From Octopus vulgaris (lineage: Eukaryota), in the NCBI GenBank assembly GCA_951406725.2, contig OX597820.1:40486001-40550000 (forward strand): 64,000 nucleotides of DNA. Reading direction: 5' to 3'. The notes under the pieces are model-generated. The model was not told the DNA's origin and ran no database searches. It was given only the letters and a program-made list of their open reading frames with translations. The first letter of the stretch is position 1, and the number at the start of each line of letters is the position of its first letter. The translations under genes and the position numbers were made by a program. Positions 41,501 to 54,215 of this stretch are shown here, one piece after another.

Positions 41501-42461
41501 CGCACGAGCAATAGTCTGATAGGTGGGAGGAGAAACCTCTGCACGGCAAATATGTGACCAGCAGCAAACAAGCTGATGTTGACCAGAAGCAAACCCATCA
41601 GTGGCTACGGAGCTCAGGGCTAAAAGCAGAGAGCGAAGGTTTCATCCTGGCTGCTCAAGATCAAAGCCTATTAACCCGGAACTACCAGACCAATGTGATG
41701 AAAAATGGAGCGGACCCAAAATGCCGATTCTGCAACGACATTATTGAAACAGTGGACCACCTAATCTCTGGATGTAAAGTCTTAGCACCAGTGGAGTATA
41801 AATTAAGACATGACAGAGTTGGCCAATATCTCCACTGGCTAATAAGTCGGCATTACAATATCAAAACTGCCGACAAGTGGTATAATCACCACCCTGAGGC
41901 TGTAACTGAAGGAGAAAATGTAACCATTCTGTGGGACTTTCCAGTACATACAGACCGAACCATCAAGGCCAATAAACCAGATATTGTTGTGAAAGACCAA
42001 AACAATAAAGTTTGCTTATTAATCGACATGAGCATCCCCTGTGATCATAATATCTCAGCGAAAGAGTTTGACAAGCTCAGAAAATATAAATACCTACTCA
42101 TTGAAATTGAGAAAATGTGGCATCTCAAGGCGGTTACAATACCAGTGATCGTAAGAGCACTAGGAATGATCAAGAAGGGAACCGAAAATTATATGAGAAT
42201 GATCCCTGGCTTACCATCCCTGCAAGAAGTGCAAAAGATTGTCTTAACTGGTACATCACACGTATTGAGAAGAGCATTGTCGATGTGAGAACTGTTGCTG
42301 CTCATGTATTTTAATTTAACTTAAAAAAAAAAAAAAAAATTAACGAACTACTGACTTTGGTTTAATGGCCTACCAATGTATACTATGAGTTTCTGTGCCC
42401 TAGGAGTCGGGAAGACACTCGGCAAGAAATGGAAGCAAATTTGAAAGAAGATAAAAAAAAG
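38514..42461 (+). mobile_element. R4/Dong-clade non-LTR retrotransposon (RT plus restriction-like endonuclease), near full length, in (TAA)n
   Basis: (AAT)n on both flanks. RT motifs KSPGKD, YRPITCL, DYKKAFDS, QGDSLSP, HLFYMDD, YKYLG; CCHC knuckle CRFC...HLISGC; RHD; endonuclease PD..D..K..KY. Dong elements are known to target TAA repeats. Confidence 0.95.
38602..42288 (+). pseudogene. Dong/R4 single ORF, broken by stops at 39550, 41131, 41512 and frameshifts near 39670 and 39855
   Basis: ORFs 38602-39552, 39665-39919, 39859-41133, 41137-41514 and 41554-42288 tile one ~1200-aa RT-RLE protein. Confidence 0.9.
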
Positions 42462-42837
42462 TAATAATAATAATAATGATAATAATAAGGATTATTACAA
42501 AGTAGCATTAGCATTACTTCCTTTTTACAGATATATACAACCTCAAATAGACCTAAACGTGGTTCTACTGTATTAATTAGTAACCGTTGCAATTTCAACC
42601 TTACTATGAATCTGGCGCTATTTCTTCAAGATCTTCATTTTAATATCCTTTGATTTAATTGTTTAAAGTTTTATGTTGATTTTCTTTGTGTTCTATGTAT
42701 GATGTGGAATTGTACGTTTATTTAGGCGCGAACTATCTTCAATTCAGGATAACTTTATATATATATATTGAGTGACCATGATAGATCGGTAACCACTACA
42801 CACATTTTTCCTCTCCTTGTTTTTTTTTTTCTGTGTC

Positions 42838-42874
42838 CCTTTCTGTAGAAGAGCGTAGGCTCGAAACGTAAAAT
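42838..42874 (+). ncRNA. Minimal hammerhead-like motif with variant core, in a Penelope-like terminal repeat fragment (~42770-42950)
   Basis: ttt-CTGTAGA-A-GAGC gtag GCTC-GAAAC-GTA-aaa. Confidence 0.5.
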
Positions 42875-43580
42875 ACTTTTTCAATTCCTGAGCGTTATAT
42901 TAATACATCTGTTTGTTTTGTGCACCACCTGTCTTCGTCTTTTGTTTGTATGTATGTAAATGCTTGTGTATGTAGAAGTGTATGAAAATGTATGTATAAG
43001 ATTTGATAATTTTAGTAAAATCATCTGCTGAACTCAATTAGAATGTAGAGTATTTTCATTTTGTTAAGTATTACGACGAGTGGCTATCTATCGAAAAGAT
43101 CGCCTAGATACAACTCAGTAAACTTAACACCAAGGAATTCATATAATGTACTTTATTTCATAATATTTTGAGTACTTCAGCCGCTAAAACATAAGTGCCT
43201 TCTTCTTACGGACAAACACGAATATATATTTACATACATAGAAGTATATATGCATACACACATGCATAAATACCTACATGTATTCATACGTAATGGAGAC
43301 TGTTGGTAATATATCGGATAACGTACTATAATAATAGATTGAAATTCGCCTCAGAGAGTTGTAGAAAGGAAACGATTCTAACGGTAATTGTTAGCTATTC
43401 TCATTGATTATGAGAGATAATTTTAAGAAATTAATAAACAATTTTAACGCAAAAATTGAAATTTCTACCATAGGTAAATCTAGATTCAGCGTATTGGATT
43501 CAAGCAACATTGGAAACGAAGTTGTCATTCACTTATCATCTTATTGTCCATGAAATAGCTAACAGAAATATACGATACAT

Positions 43581-43648
<68 letters not shown>
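43581..43648. repeat. (TAG)n microsatellite
   Basis: Perfect run. Confidence 0.95.
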
Positions 43649-43649
<1 letters not shown>

Positions 43650-44293
43650 CAGCTAAACATCTCTCCTCTTCTCTTTCTTTCTTACAATCTTTCTCTCTCT
43701 CTCATCCAATCTCTCGCTTTTACATATCACTTTCCTTTAAATAAATAAATAAATAAACAATAAATAAATAAATAGATAAACTTTGAATCGAAGAAATAAA
43801 ATCATTATTTATTTAAGCCCTCATAGAGCAAGCATTATCACGTAGATGCGTACCGATTTATGCGGTGATAGGATTAAAAAAAACCCTCCAGCTTTACCTG
43901 GCGCTAATCGGCTTTACTTCACCCTGCAGATCACTAAATGCAGATTCAGAGCTAGAGCCATTGCTTATCACTTAGCAACCGAAAGAAAACTAGCCTAATC
44001 GAACTAGTTTTTGGTGTTATCAGGATGGTGAGCTGTCGTCCTCACCTGATTGGGCTGAGTGTATTATAGCCTAAGGTCGATCAAGTGTATTGTGTAGCAT
44101 TCGATTTCGGTGCAAGTATAATAAAAAAAAAAAAGCCAGGAGTGTGGGTTGTTATATGACTCATGATACTGCTTTTACTACTTCTAATTGTTAAATACAC
44201 ATTTTGATTGATTGAAATAGTGAATGCAGCAACTACAGTTACACTGCCTATCATACTATATATATACATATATACATACAGATACATATATAC

Positions 44294-44370
<77 letters not shown>

Positions 44371-44379
44371 TGTGCGTGT

Positions 44380-44688
44380 AGAGGCGCAATGGCCCAGTGG
44401 TTAGGGCAGCGGACTCGCATCGTAGGATCGCGGTTTCGATTCCCAGACCGGGCGTTGTGAGTGTTTATTGAGCGAAAACACCTAAAGCTCCAGCGGCTCC
44501 GGCAGGAGATGGTGGTGATCCCTGCTGTACTCTTTCGCCACAACTTTTCTCTCACTCTTTCTTCTGTTGGCCTGCTCGCTTAGCAAGCAGAGTGGCGTCA
44601 TTTGAAGGCTAAAACAATTCGAAGTGCATAGTGACCAGAGATGTGTAGCAACATCTGATAGCCTGGTCGGTTACGGTGATTACGGTGA

Positions 44689-44690
<2 letters not shown>
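44380..44690 (+). mobile_element. tRNA-derived SINE (family C head and body, different 3' tail)
   Basis: A box TGGCCCAGTGG, B-box-like GTTTCGATTCC, body as in the 3313 copy, ending in a short tacggtgat duplication. Confidence 0.88.
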
Positions 44691-44734
<44 letters not shown>

Positions 44735-44848
44735 GTGACAAGGGTGTTAGGAAAAAACATACATTGCTAGAAATAAGAGCTAAACCGTCTTTTGGCGATA
44801 CATTGCGAACTGTTGTTTATATTTATTTTATGTGTGTGCGTGTGTGTG

Positions 44849-44893
<45 letters not shown>

Positions 44894-45619
44894 GCGTGTG
44901 TGTGCTTAGGTACGGTTGTAGGATTGCATGTCACATTTAGACGATTCAGTTGGTAATATTATCACTGTTTCTCTTGTGGCTGCCGCTGTTGGTTTGGTAC
45001 CGAAACCTATGTTAATACTGAAGAAGCGGACTCTGCCTGATCAGCATTCCTAAAGTGGCCATCGCATCTATTTTCATGTATAAAACCTCATTATCTACCG
45101 TGCCTTTTCAATCTAAGACATGCCATAGCTCTTCTTCACTCTTACCCTGCGTTTCAAAATGAAAATAAAAATATATGCGTACATATAAGTAGAGGTATTT
45201 TTGCTCCCAATTTCTATTTACTTTTACCTCGCATTATATTCTTTCAGGTGGAATTTTACTAACGTTTACCATCACAACGACTATGTGCTAAGGCTCGAAT
45301 CTTATCACCGCATATTACATATATGTGAGAGGAAAATAAATGCAGTTTTCTTGAAAATTATTTATGCTTGTTCATTCCGCATAATTTTCAAAAATATCAT
45401 CTTAATTATATTTTGAAGCAGTAGTCTATATATTTCGGCTTGTCAACGGAGCCAATGATAAAAAAAATGAATTTGAAATGCGAGTGAACTTCAAGCGAAC
45501 TTCGCTCCCATTTCATCAGACCGATCGATTACATAAAGCTTTTCTCCCTCACTGTTCAATAAAAAGTCGTGAGTGATGTAAGGATGAAAGGCATATATAC
45601 ACACATACACGCAGACACA

Positions 45620-45683
<64 letters not shown>

Positions 45684-45874
45684 AAGATACACTCACACGC
45701 ATACGTAAGTAACATGTCCGTTCTATAGAGAATGTCGGATCACTTGAATAACACATTGAATATTGAATTCAGTGATCAAGAGAGATGAACAATGAAAAAA
45801 TAAAAGTGAGTTTCCGATTTCTCATATCTTCGAATGGTTTTTAAATATAGTTCTTTCAATATTCTAATATCACT

Positions 45875-46036
45875 AAGACGGCGAGCTGGCAGAATCGTTA
45901 GGACGCCGGGCGAAATGCTTAGCAGTATTTCGTCTGCCGCTACGTTCTGAGTTCAAATTCCGCCGAGGTCGACTTTGCCTTTCATCTTTCGGAGTCGATA
46001 AATTAAGTACCAGTTACGCACAGGAGTCGATGTAAT
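45875..46036 (+). mobile_element. SINE family A
   Basis: gacggcgagctggcagaatcgttagg...gagttcaaattccgccgaggtcgactttgcc. Confidence 0.9.
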
Positions 46037-46211
46037 ACATGTATAACATAGTATGCTTTATATATTAATAGATTTTATATGCAAAGCTATATGTTATATA
46101 TGTATGTATATTCTTGTTATTGTCATTTTAGTAAATAAATAAATAGATAAGTTGACATAATATGTCTAACAGTTGATGAACCACCTATTGATCCCCTCTA
46201 TTTTCTTATTG

Positions 46212-46275
<64 letters not shown>

Positions 46276-46299
46276 CTGTGTGTATGTATGTATGTAGGT

Positions 46300-46516
46300 G
46301 TGTATGTCTTTGTGCCTGTGTTTGTTCCCCCATCACTACTCTACAACCGTTCTTGGTGTGTTTTCGTCCCCGTCTCTTAGCAGTTTGACAAACCAGGTTG
46401 ATATAATAAGCACTATGCTTAAGAAATAAACCCAAGGGTCGATTTGTTCGGCTAAGATCATTGAAGGCGGTACTCCAGCACGGCCGCAGTCAAATGACTG
46501 AAACAAGCAAAAGCAA
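46300..46516 (+). mobile_element. SINE family B, 3' half
   Basis: Matches 31255-31445. Confidence 0.8.
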
Positions 46517-47014
46517 ATATATATATATATATACACACACAAAGATACACTCACACATTGTATGGAGAATGTCGGATCATTTGAAAATTAGGCAGCCTTG
46601 AATGCACAGAATAAGAAGCTATGGACCGAAACCAAATCGTGACAACGTGCAATTGGTCAAATTACTCAACTTACAAACCTAAATCTTTAATACAATTAAT
46701 CTGAAAGTTCTGGACAAATAGAACGACCGACTCTCAGCCAGGGAGCAACGCTTCATTTGACTACTTCACATAACTTATACGCAGCACAGACTCACACACG
46801 TATTCATACAAACATATACTCACAGATATGCACACACACACAAATATGCAAACAGAATTCACCTGTACTTCATGTATAAGGTATGAAACCTGGTTTTCAT
46901 TGATGGAGACATGGAAATTCTCAGCAGAATAAAACTGTAATGGGCTTCTCTTTTACGTTATTCTTTTTTAAAATATCTACACCCCGCCCTTATAGATGTT
47001 GCTATTGCTGATGT

Positions 47015-47200
47015 TATTCAGTTCTATATTTAAGAGATGAGGAATTATGTACATTATTTACATTATTTACAATTGACGGATATTTGTCCTCATCATGTTT
47101 GTTGTGAACGCAACGTTTCGGCTGATATACCGTCCTGCCTTCATCAGGTGTCTTGGGCAAATTTCGAACCTGGGTTCTCATTCCTAAGGTATTTTTCGAT
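47015..47200 (-). mobile_element. Penelope-like terminal repeat fragment carrying a hammerhead
   Basis: Short non-coding block next to the (AAT/AAC)n tract; contains a canonical hammerhead core. The Penelope assignment is inferred from the minimal hammerhead architecture. Confidence 0.55.
47107..47152 (-). ncRNA. Minimal type-I hammerhead ribozyme motif
   Basis: Minus strand gacac-CTGATGA-A-GGC aggacggtatatca GCC-GAAAC-GTT-gcgtt; palindromic AACGTT at helix III. Confidence 0.7.
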
Positions 47201-47285
47201 GTTGTTGTTGTTGTTGTTGTTATTATTATTATTGTTGTTGTTATTATTATTATTATTATTATTGTTGTTGTTGTTGTTGTTGTTG

Positions 47286-47340
<55 letters not shown>

Positions 47341-47346
47341 GATTAT

Positions 47347-47962
47347 TATTTTATGTTTGACTTTTGCTTTACATTTGTACAAGTTGGCTCCAAGTCTCAC
47401 CCAGAGACCTCAAGAGACAACAAGTTGGAAGTTCATGTTGGTGTTATTCCTAGGGTGCCATATATTTGGTTTTGTACATAGTGTTGTTCTGGAGAATGTT
47501 TAAAAAACCATAAGAAAATTATGTTTGTTTCAAAACTTGAGATTACATAGAAAGTATTTTGTGTAGGATATGAGCAGTTCTCATGAGTACTATCTTTTGA
47601 ATTTCTGCTATTTTGGGGTTTCCTGGTATCTGAGCTAGGTAGCAATCATCCCCTTTTGCTATCATTCACAGGGCACCAATGACAACAGGTATTGTTTTAG
47701 TCGTCAGGATCCACATTTTGCTAATTTCTATTTCAAGGTCTTTATATTTGCTCAGTTTTTGGTAGGTCTAGACAGATACGTTTATATCGATTGGGACAGT
47801 CATATCAATGAGGAGGCATGTTTTGTGTCTGAAGTCTCTCAATATGATGTCTGGCCTATTCGCATCTACCTTTGTCAGTTTGAATGGTGAAGTTCCAGAT
47901 GAGTGAGATGATCATTTTGAAGCACTGGAGGCGGTTTGTGTTCCCACCAGTTTTTATCATAG
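47347..47962 (-). mobile_element. Dong-like 3' end, subfamily 2 (endonuclease region plus full 3' UTR)
   Basis: WWEHKPPPV..., NRPDII...CLLIDMTVP...KLSKYKDLEIEISKMW...; (AAT/AAC)n tail at 47200-47350. Confidence 0.88.
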
Positions 47963-49031
47963 GGCAAGTCCAGGCGTGAAGGTGCCTCTGTGTGTGTGTG
48001 CGGCGGGGAGAGTGTGAGCGTCTGTGTATGTGTGCGTGTGCATATTTGCGTATGTGTTTATTGTTAAAGCAAGGCATCCAACAAAATTCTCAGTCATTCA
48101 GTCTTTCTAGAGTATTTTCTTTATTCTAAGTGACTTAACCTCTGACCTCTTTCATTTATATTGAAATAATACCTGAATGCGTTTATTCCGTATTCGGAAC
48201 TCCATTTTAAAGTTGGCAAAATTTCGTTGAGCAATGGTTACATTCTTTCAAGTTAAAGAATATTTCGCACTTATTATATAGCTGATTGCATGCGCATTTG
48301 TGTAGGTTTCTGTCTTAGAGTAAATATAAACGGCTTCATTTTGAAAGGTGACAAGGCTGTACAGGAGTTAAATCTATTTCATTAATGAATTTTCATGTTT
48401 TTATTTTAAAGCTATATGTTCCGACTACAACTATAGCGTTCTTAGTTCCATCAATAATGCAAGACTGTCTGTGTCTTATCATCCAATGAAAACACAGTAG
48501 TTTATTGTTGGAGCGTATTGCAGTACAGCACTAAGGATCTCTATCTCCTCTCTCTTTCTCTCTCTCACTCTTACTCTCCCCTCTTCCTCCCTCTCTCACC
48601 TTTCTCTGACCCCTTTTCTATTTTTTCTTCATTTTTTTCATTTATGACAATTTTATTTCATCCTACAACAAATCTCACAAATAGCAAGCTAATAGCAATA
48701 TCATTTAATTCCAATGATAGGACCTGAAAAGTCTTGAAAAATTTAACGAGATTTCGGAATGTTATAGAAATACGTAAAAAGAAAGTCTTTATTAAAATAG
48801 GTTTAACTTGACACCAGTTGCGTATTTAAAACAATGCGTGCACACCCACCCACACACATTTAGCAATATATGCATGAACATATATTTCGTGTTCTCATAA
48901 CACCTTTATTCATCATTTAACTCGCTCCATCGAAATATCTCAATAAAAAGCTATACTCAAGCGATACTCACCGAACAAAAATATATATACTCACACACAC
49001 ACACATACACTCTCTCTCTCTTTCTCTCTCG

Positions 49032-49129
<98 letters not shown>

Positions 49130-49936
49130 ATGTGTGTGTGTGTGTGTGTACATATATATACATATATCTATATATACATATATAGATACATATATATATA
49201 TAGAGAGATAGATACATAGATATCAGTATATATATATATATATATATATATATGCATACAGACACATGCATCACGCACGCACGCGCAAATACTCACGCAC
49301 ACACACTCACAAATACACACACACATATGTATGTATGTATGTATGACGATACTCTCATGCTATCATGGCTGTGTGCTGAAGAGTTTCGCTTAGCTAAAAT
49401 GCGCTTGCAGTTTGGCATCGATCTTACACCGCGAGTGCCCGAGCGAGCGTGTTATATCATAATCCGGGTCGGCCGGTGCATTGTTTGCTGACGGTGAATG
49501 AGTGTTCATGTGTATGCGTGTGTATATACGTGCACGTATCTAAGCTCGCGTGCCTGCGTGCATGCAGTGCGTGTTCTGTGAGTCTGTGTTTATGAATAGA
49601 TTTCAGAATTTCAGCATCACTGCGTTGATCAAGAATAACATATAGTACTTAGCATTGTACAAGTAATATTTCTTTACGACAAGTTTGACTTTGATATTCT
49701 CACGTGCGAGATCCTTAAATGAAATACCTAACAAAAGCACTAAGATCGATAAGCTCAGCTAAGATAACCCTAATATAAGGTGACCCTGCATTGCCATAAT
49801 TCAGCAATAGAAATCAGTTAAAGATTACAAGCGTATGTAAGATATATGTGCGTGTCATGTACGTGTTTACACACGTGCTCGCACACACACACACACAAAC
49901 ACACAAACACACACACACTCATGAATATTTGTACAG

Positions 49937-50074
<138 letters not shown>

Positions 50075-50869
50075 TGACATCGTATTTGCTACTTGCTACA
50101 TCGACATCGGTCAGTTTTAATGATAAAAATCATTTTGAAGGAGTTTGAACTCAAAATCCATAAAATGCAGAATGAAAGAGCATGCGACAAATTCTCGAAT
50201 ACTGTTTTTACAGTTATGTCTAAAAACGTGTTATTGTCACAATGCCAAAATTTCATTGGTGTAGTAGGTAAGTTAGTAGAATAAACTGACTCGAATATTT
50301 TGCTGGTACATCTCATCAACTATATAGTGCAAAAATTGGTCTCAACAATATTTGAACTCAGGGCGTTAGGAGCTGTTAATAGAGTAAGACATTTGTCCGA
50401 GTCTCGAACGAACGCTATGAAAGTCTTTCGTCATAGATCACCTCCTGGTCAGCGATATTCTTTTTTCAATCTGTTAAAGTCAATAGTTGATCAGTGATTA
50501 TTTGACATCTGCATTATAGGCGATGTTTTATGTTTACTGTTTTAGTCGTTTTGCTCTCATCTTTTTCTATCATTGGTCTTGTTTTCTATCATTCTATTAT
50601 AATTTCTTTGTTTCTTTTATTTTATACCTCCTTTTTTTCATTTTCTTTTGTTGAGGCCTTATTCTGTAACTTATGATGTAGGATGTACAATTCGATTGCC
50701 TTATTCATTTTCTTTGTCAATCCGATATTTGCTTTCTTCATCATTGCTTTCGTTTTTTTTTTCTTTTGTGCATGTTTTAACCCCCTATCCTCTCTCATAC
50801 TTTCTCTCCTTCTCACTCTCTTTCTCTTTCGCATTCTTTCTCTCTCGCTTTCTCTCTCTATTTCTCATA

Positions 50870-50921
<52 letters not shown>

Positions 50922-50949
50922 AAGGATGAAACAGGCTTTGATTTTTAAG

Positions 50950-52270
50950 TTCATTTACACTGAGCAACCAGATTTATATTCTAGTGTTACTGACAAGCAA
51001 ATTTAGATTAAAGTCAAATTTGGGAATCATTTATTACCTAAATAATTTTATTTTCTTCCGTTAAACCTTCTACACACTTGTGCATATACGTAGTAATTCT
51101 TTCATGTTTACATCGGAAAGTACGCGAAAGGTGACGCTTCGCTGATGAATACCCATTCCTTTTCTTCCAAATGGTAAACGAGATTCTATAAATGGCGACA
51201 TGGACAGTGATGAAAGCATAGTTGCTGGAGATACTGGACACACTAAAGGTTATTCCCTTAAAGGTTTGTTACTCAAGAACGTTTGACTAATCTTGTTACA
51301 GACTTATCGATGCCTAAAGAGAAAACAGAGCTTCTCGCTTCAAGAGGTAACTTGCTTAACTAAATGTGCATGGGAGTTACTATTGAAAATATAACATTAA
51401 TTTGTAAAATATGATTTACAGCAGATGGTCAGCTCTGCTGTTGTATTAACATCAAGGAACTCTTCACAAAGTTTTTTCTGACTGACGTAACATCTGAGTC
51501 TTGCTGTTTCATTACATCATCTTACAAAATAATTCTGCATAACGGTAAATTAAAATCATGTGTCCCATTCACTACTTTGACCGCCTAGATGTGAAATACA
51601 TCATTATAAATTTCCATGCTATTCTGATACAGATTTCATCAATGCAATATCTTTGGTTCGGACAAATTTTTGGAGTACGGTAATAGATACGCGAACAATA
51701 TTTACAAAGTACGTGCCTTTACGATACTTGTCATATCACAGATGCTGACATTGAACGTGATTGGTCACTAAGATTAAAACAATCTGCAGGAAATAGAAGC
51801 GTCTTTTTATTTGATCCCAATTTATACCAAATTTAATGACAAAAACATTTGTTAAAGAAATAGGTAAATGCAAGAGAGTTTTAGTTCTTTTTCGAAGCAC
51901 TCCGAAATGGAGTGCAGTAATGTTAACGAAGGCAATTTGTCGGTGCAGGAAATCGATGAGATTTTGCACGATACAAATTTCAGCAAACCTTCAGCACATT
52001 ACAATTAAAAGTTATGCGAAATTTCTAGAAAATAATAAGAAGTTGAGTTGTGAACCTCTATGATGCCAACAGAGAAATGGAATATCGAAACAGCTAAAAA
52101 TGTACTTCATGCGTTATCATCTAGATTTGTGGCAGAAAATGTAGGTGCAGTAAGTATTAAGTAAGGAAATTATTTTCATGAAAATATCCATGCGATAAAG
52201 AAATGATAAGACGGATTTGGAATGAAGATTTAAGGGTTGATCTAACTGCATGGGACATCATGGAAACACA
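50950..52270 (+). mobile_element. Decayed Chapaev3-like (CMC) transposase
   Basis: Broken but colinear motifs LVTDLSMPKEKTELLASR, ILHNGK..CVP, FVKEIGK, FLENNK, LKMYFMRYHLD..AENVGAVS..G..FHENI, resembling the family consensus as I recall it (HLDFFPENLGAVSDEHGERFHQDI). Left boundary approximate. Confidence 0.65.
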
Positions 52271-53148
52271 AAATAAACTTATATCACTGCACATTTAACC
52301 CCTTGTACAAAATATATTCTTCAAGTACATTTACAAATAATTGAATGTCTGATATACAAATGAAATTGAGACTGATTTTGTATTAATTACTCTAGTGTAA
52401 ACAGTGATTTTTGATTCAGGCAATAAAGAATTTTTTCAGAAGATGCTATTAATAAAAGTGAAAAGAAAAATTAAGAAAGTAAGGATGTCTTATTTCGAAA
52501 ATTAGATGCGGTAGGGAAAAAGATAGATTCAGAATTAGGCACTACAACAAATCCAGAAAGGCTAAAACATATCAACTGTTTACGAGGGGTATTCATTAAC
52601 GATTTCTCCTGATCCACTTCCCAAAGACTGGGATAAACGAAACTTGGCATAATTATTAGACCTTCTCTACATAGCCACCACGAATGGTAACACACTTCTC
52701 CCATCGCTTACAGACCCAATCCATCACTGGAACTGTACAAATCTGTAAAACTATCCAGAAGTTTATCATTTAAATATATATAAGCATGTCTAAATATGCA
52801 ACATATACATACATAAAACATACAAATCTGTACATAATACATATATTTATACATTATACATACATGCATACATACATACATACATACATACATACATACA
52901 TACATACATACATACATACATACATGTTGATCTTGAAATCCCAATCAAGGATCTAGGTTAGAAACCGGCTCTTTTGCTATAGGCAAGAAATCTTGAAATA
53001 AACTTAATAATGACATGCATATATGCATGCATACATATGTAAGCATGTATGCCTGCATCTACGTTCCTTCCTCAGGGGAATAATTTAAGTAATTTAAAGC
53101 AGCACATACATACATACATATACACACACACTTATATATATATACATA

Positions 53149-53199
<51 letters not shown>

Positions 53200-54000
53200 A
53201 TAAATGCATATATAAACACATACATATATACGTAGAATGCATACATTCATACACACTTTCACGCATAAATACATGCATACATTCATACACACTTTCATAC
53301 ATAAATGCATGCATGCAAACATATATGCATACATACATACATACATACATACATACATACATACATACATGCATGCATGCATGTATACATACATACATAT
53401 ATACATACATACATACATACATACATACATACATACATACATACATACATACATACATACATACATACATACATACGAAGTATGAGGACATCTCACAGAG
53501 GCGAGTATGCAGACAAATTTCATGGGATCATGATAGTAAGGTTACGTTGTTGCAATAATAACAGTTCATTACTCACACACAGGCAAATGAAGACATGCAT
53601 ATACTTGAATTATCGTCTGCGCATGTCAATACGTGCGTTCGTGTGTGTGCGTGTTTGGGAATGTATTGATATACGAATGTTTACAAGGAAACTAGAACAA
53701 GTAAGGTTCTGCCTTTTGATCAGTCATCCTACCCGTTCTCTCTCTTTTTTCTTTTTTCTTTTTTTTCTCTCTCTATTCTCATGTTCTTCATTTGTCCCCT
53801 ATCCCCATCTGTTACACTCTGAACAAAAGTCTGGAACTTAAATTGGTTTTGACATTTGAAATAATATATTTTGATTTGCGTTTACATGATACTATTTCAT
53901 TCATTCTTTCTTTCTTTCTTTCTTTTTTTCAATCATTGCGTAAGGAAAAAAAAATTTTTTTGATATCAGCAGCATCAGTGGTGATGACAATGATGGTGCT

Positions 54001-54057
54001 AATAATAATAATAATGATGATGATGATGATGATGATGATAGTAATAATAATAATAAT

Positions 54058-54096
<39 letters not shown>

Positions 54097-54184
54097 AATA
54101 ATAATAATAATGATGATGATGATAATAGTAATAATAACAACAACAACAACAACAACAACAACAATAATAATAATGATGATGATG

Positions 54185-54215
<31 letters not shown>

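Noticed and set aside
44380-44450. tRNA genes at SINE heads (also 3313 and ~62340)
   Set aside because: A/B boxes are present, but the heads continue into SINE bodies and lack a full cloverleaf.
52500-52720. WW-domain-like traces (DPLPKDWDKR...)
   Set aside because: Needs several frameshifts and stops; could be chance without a profile search.
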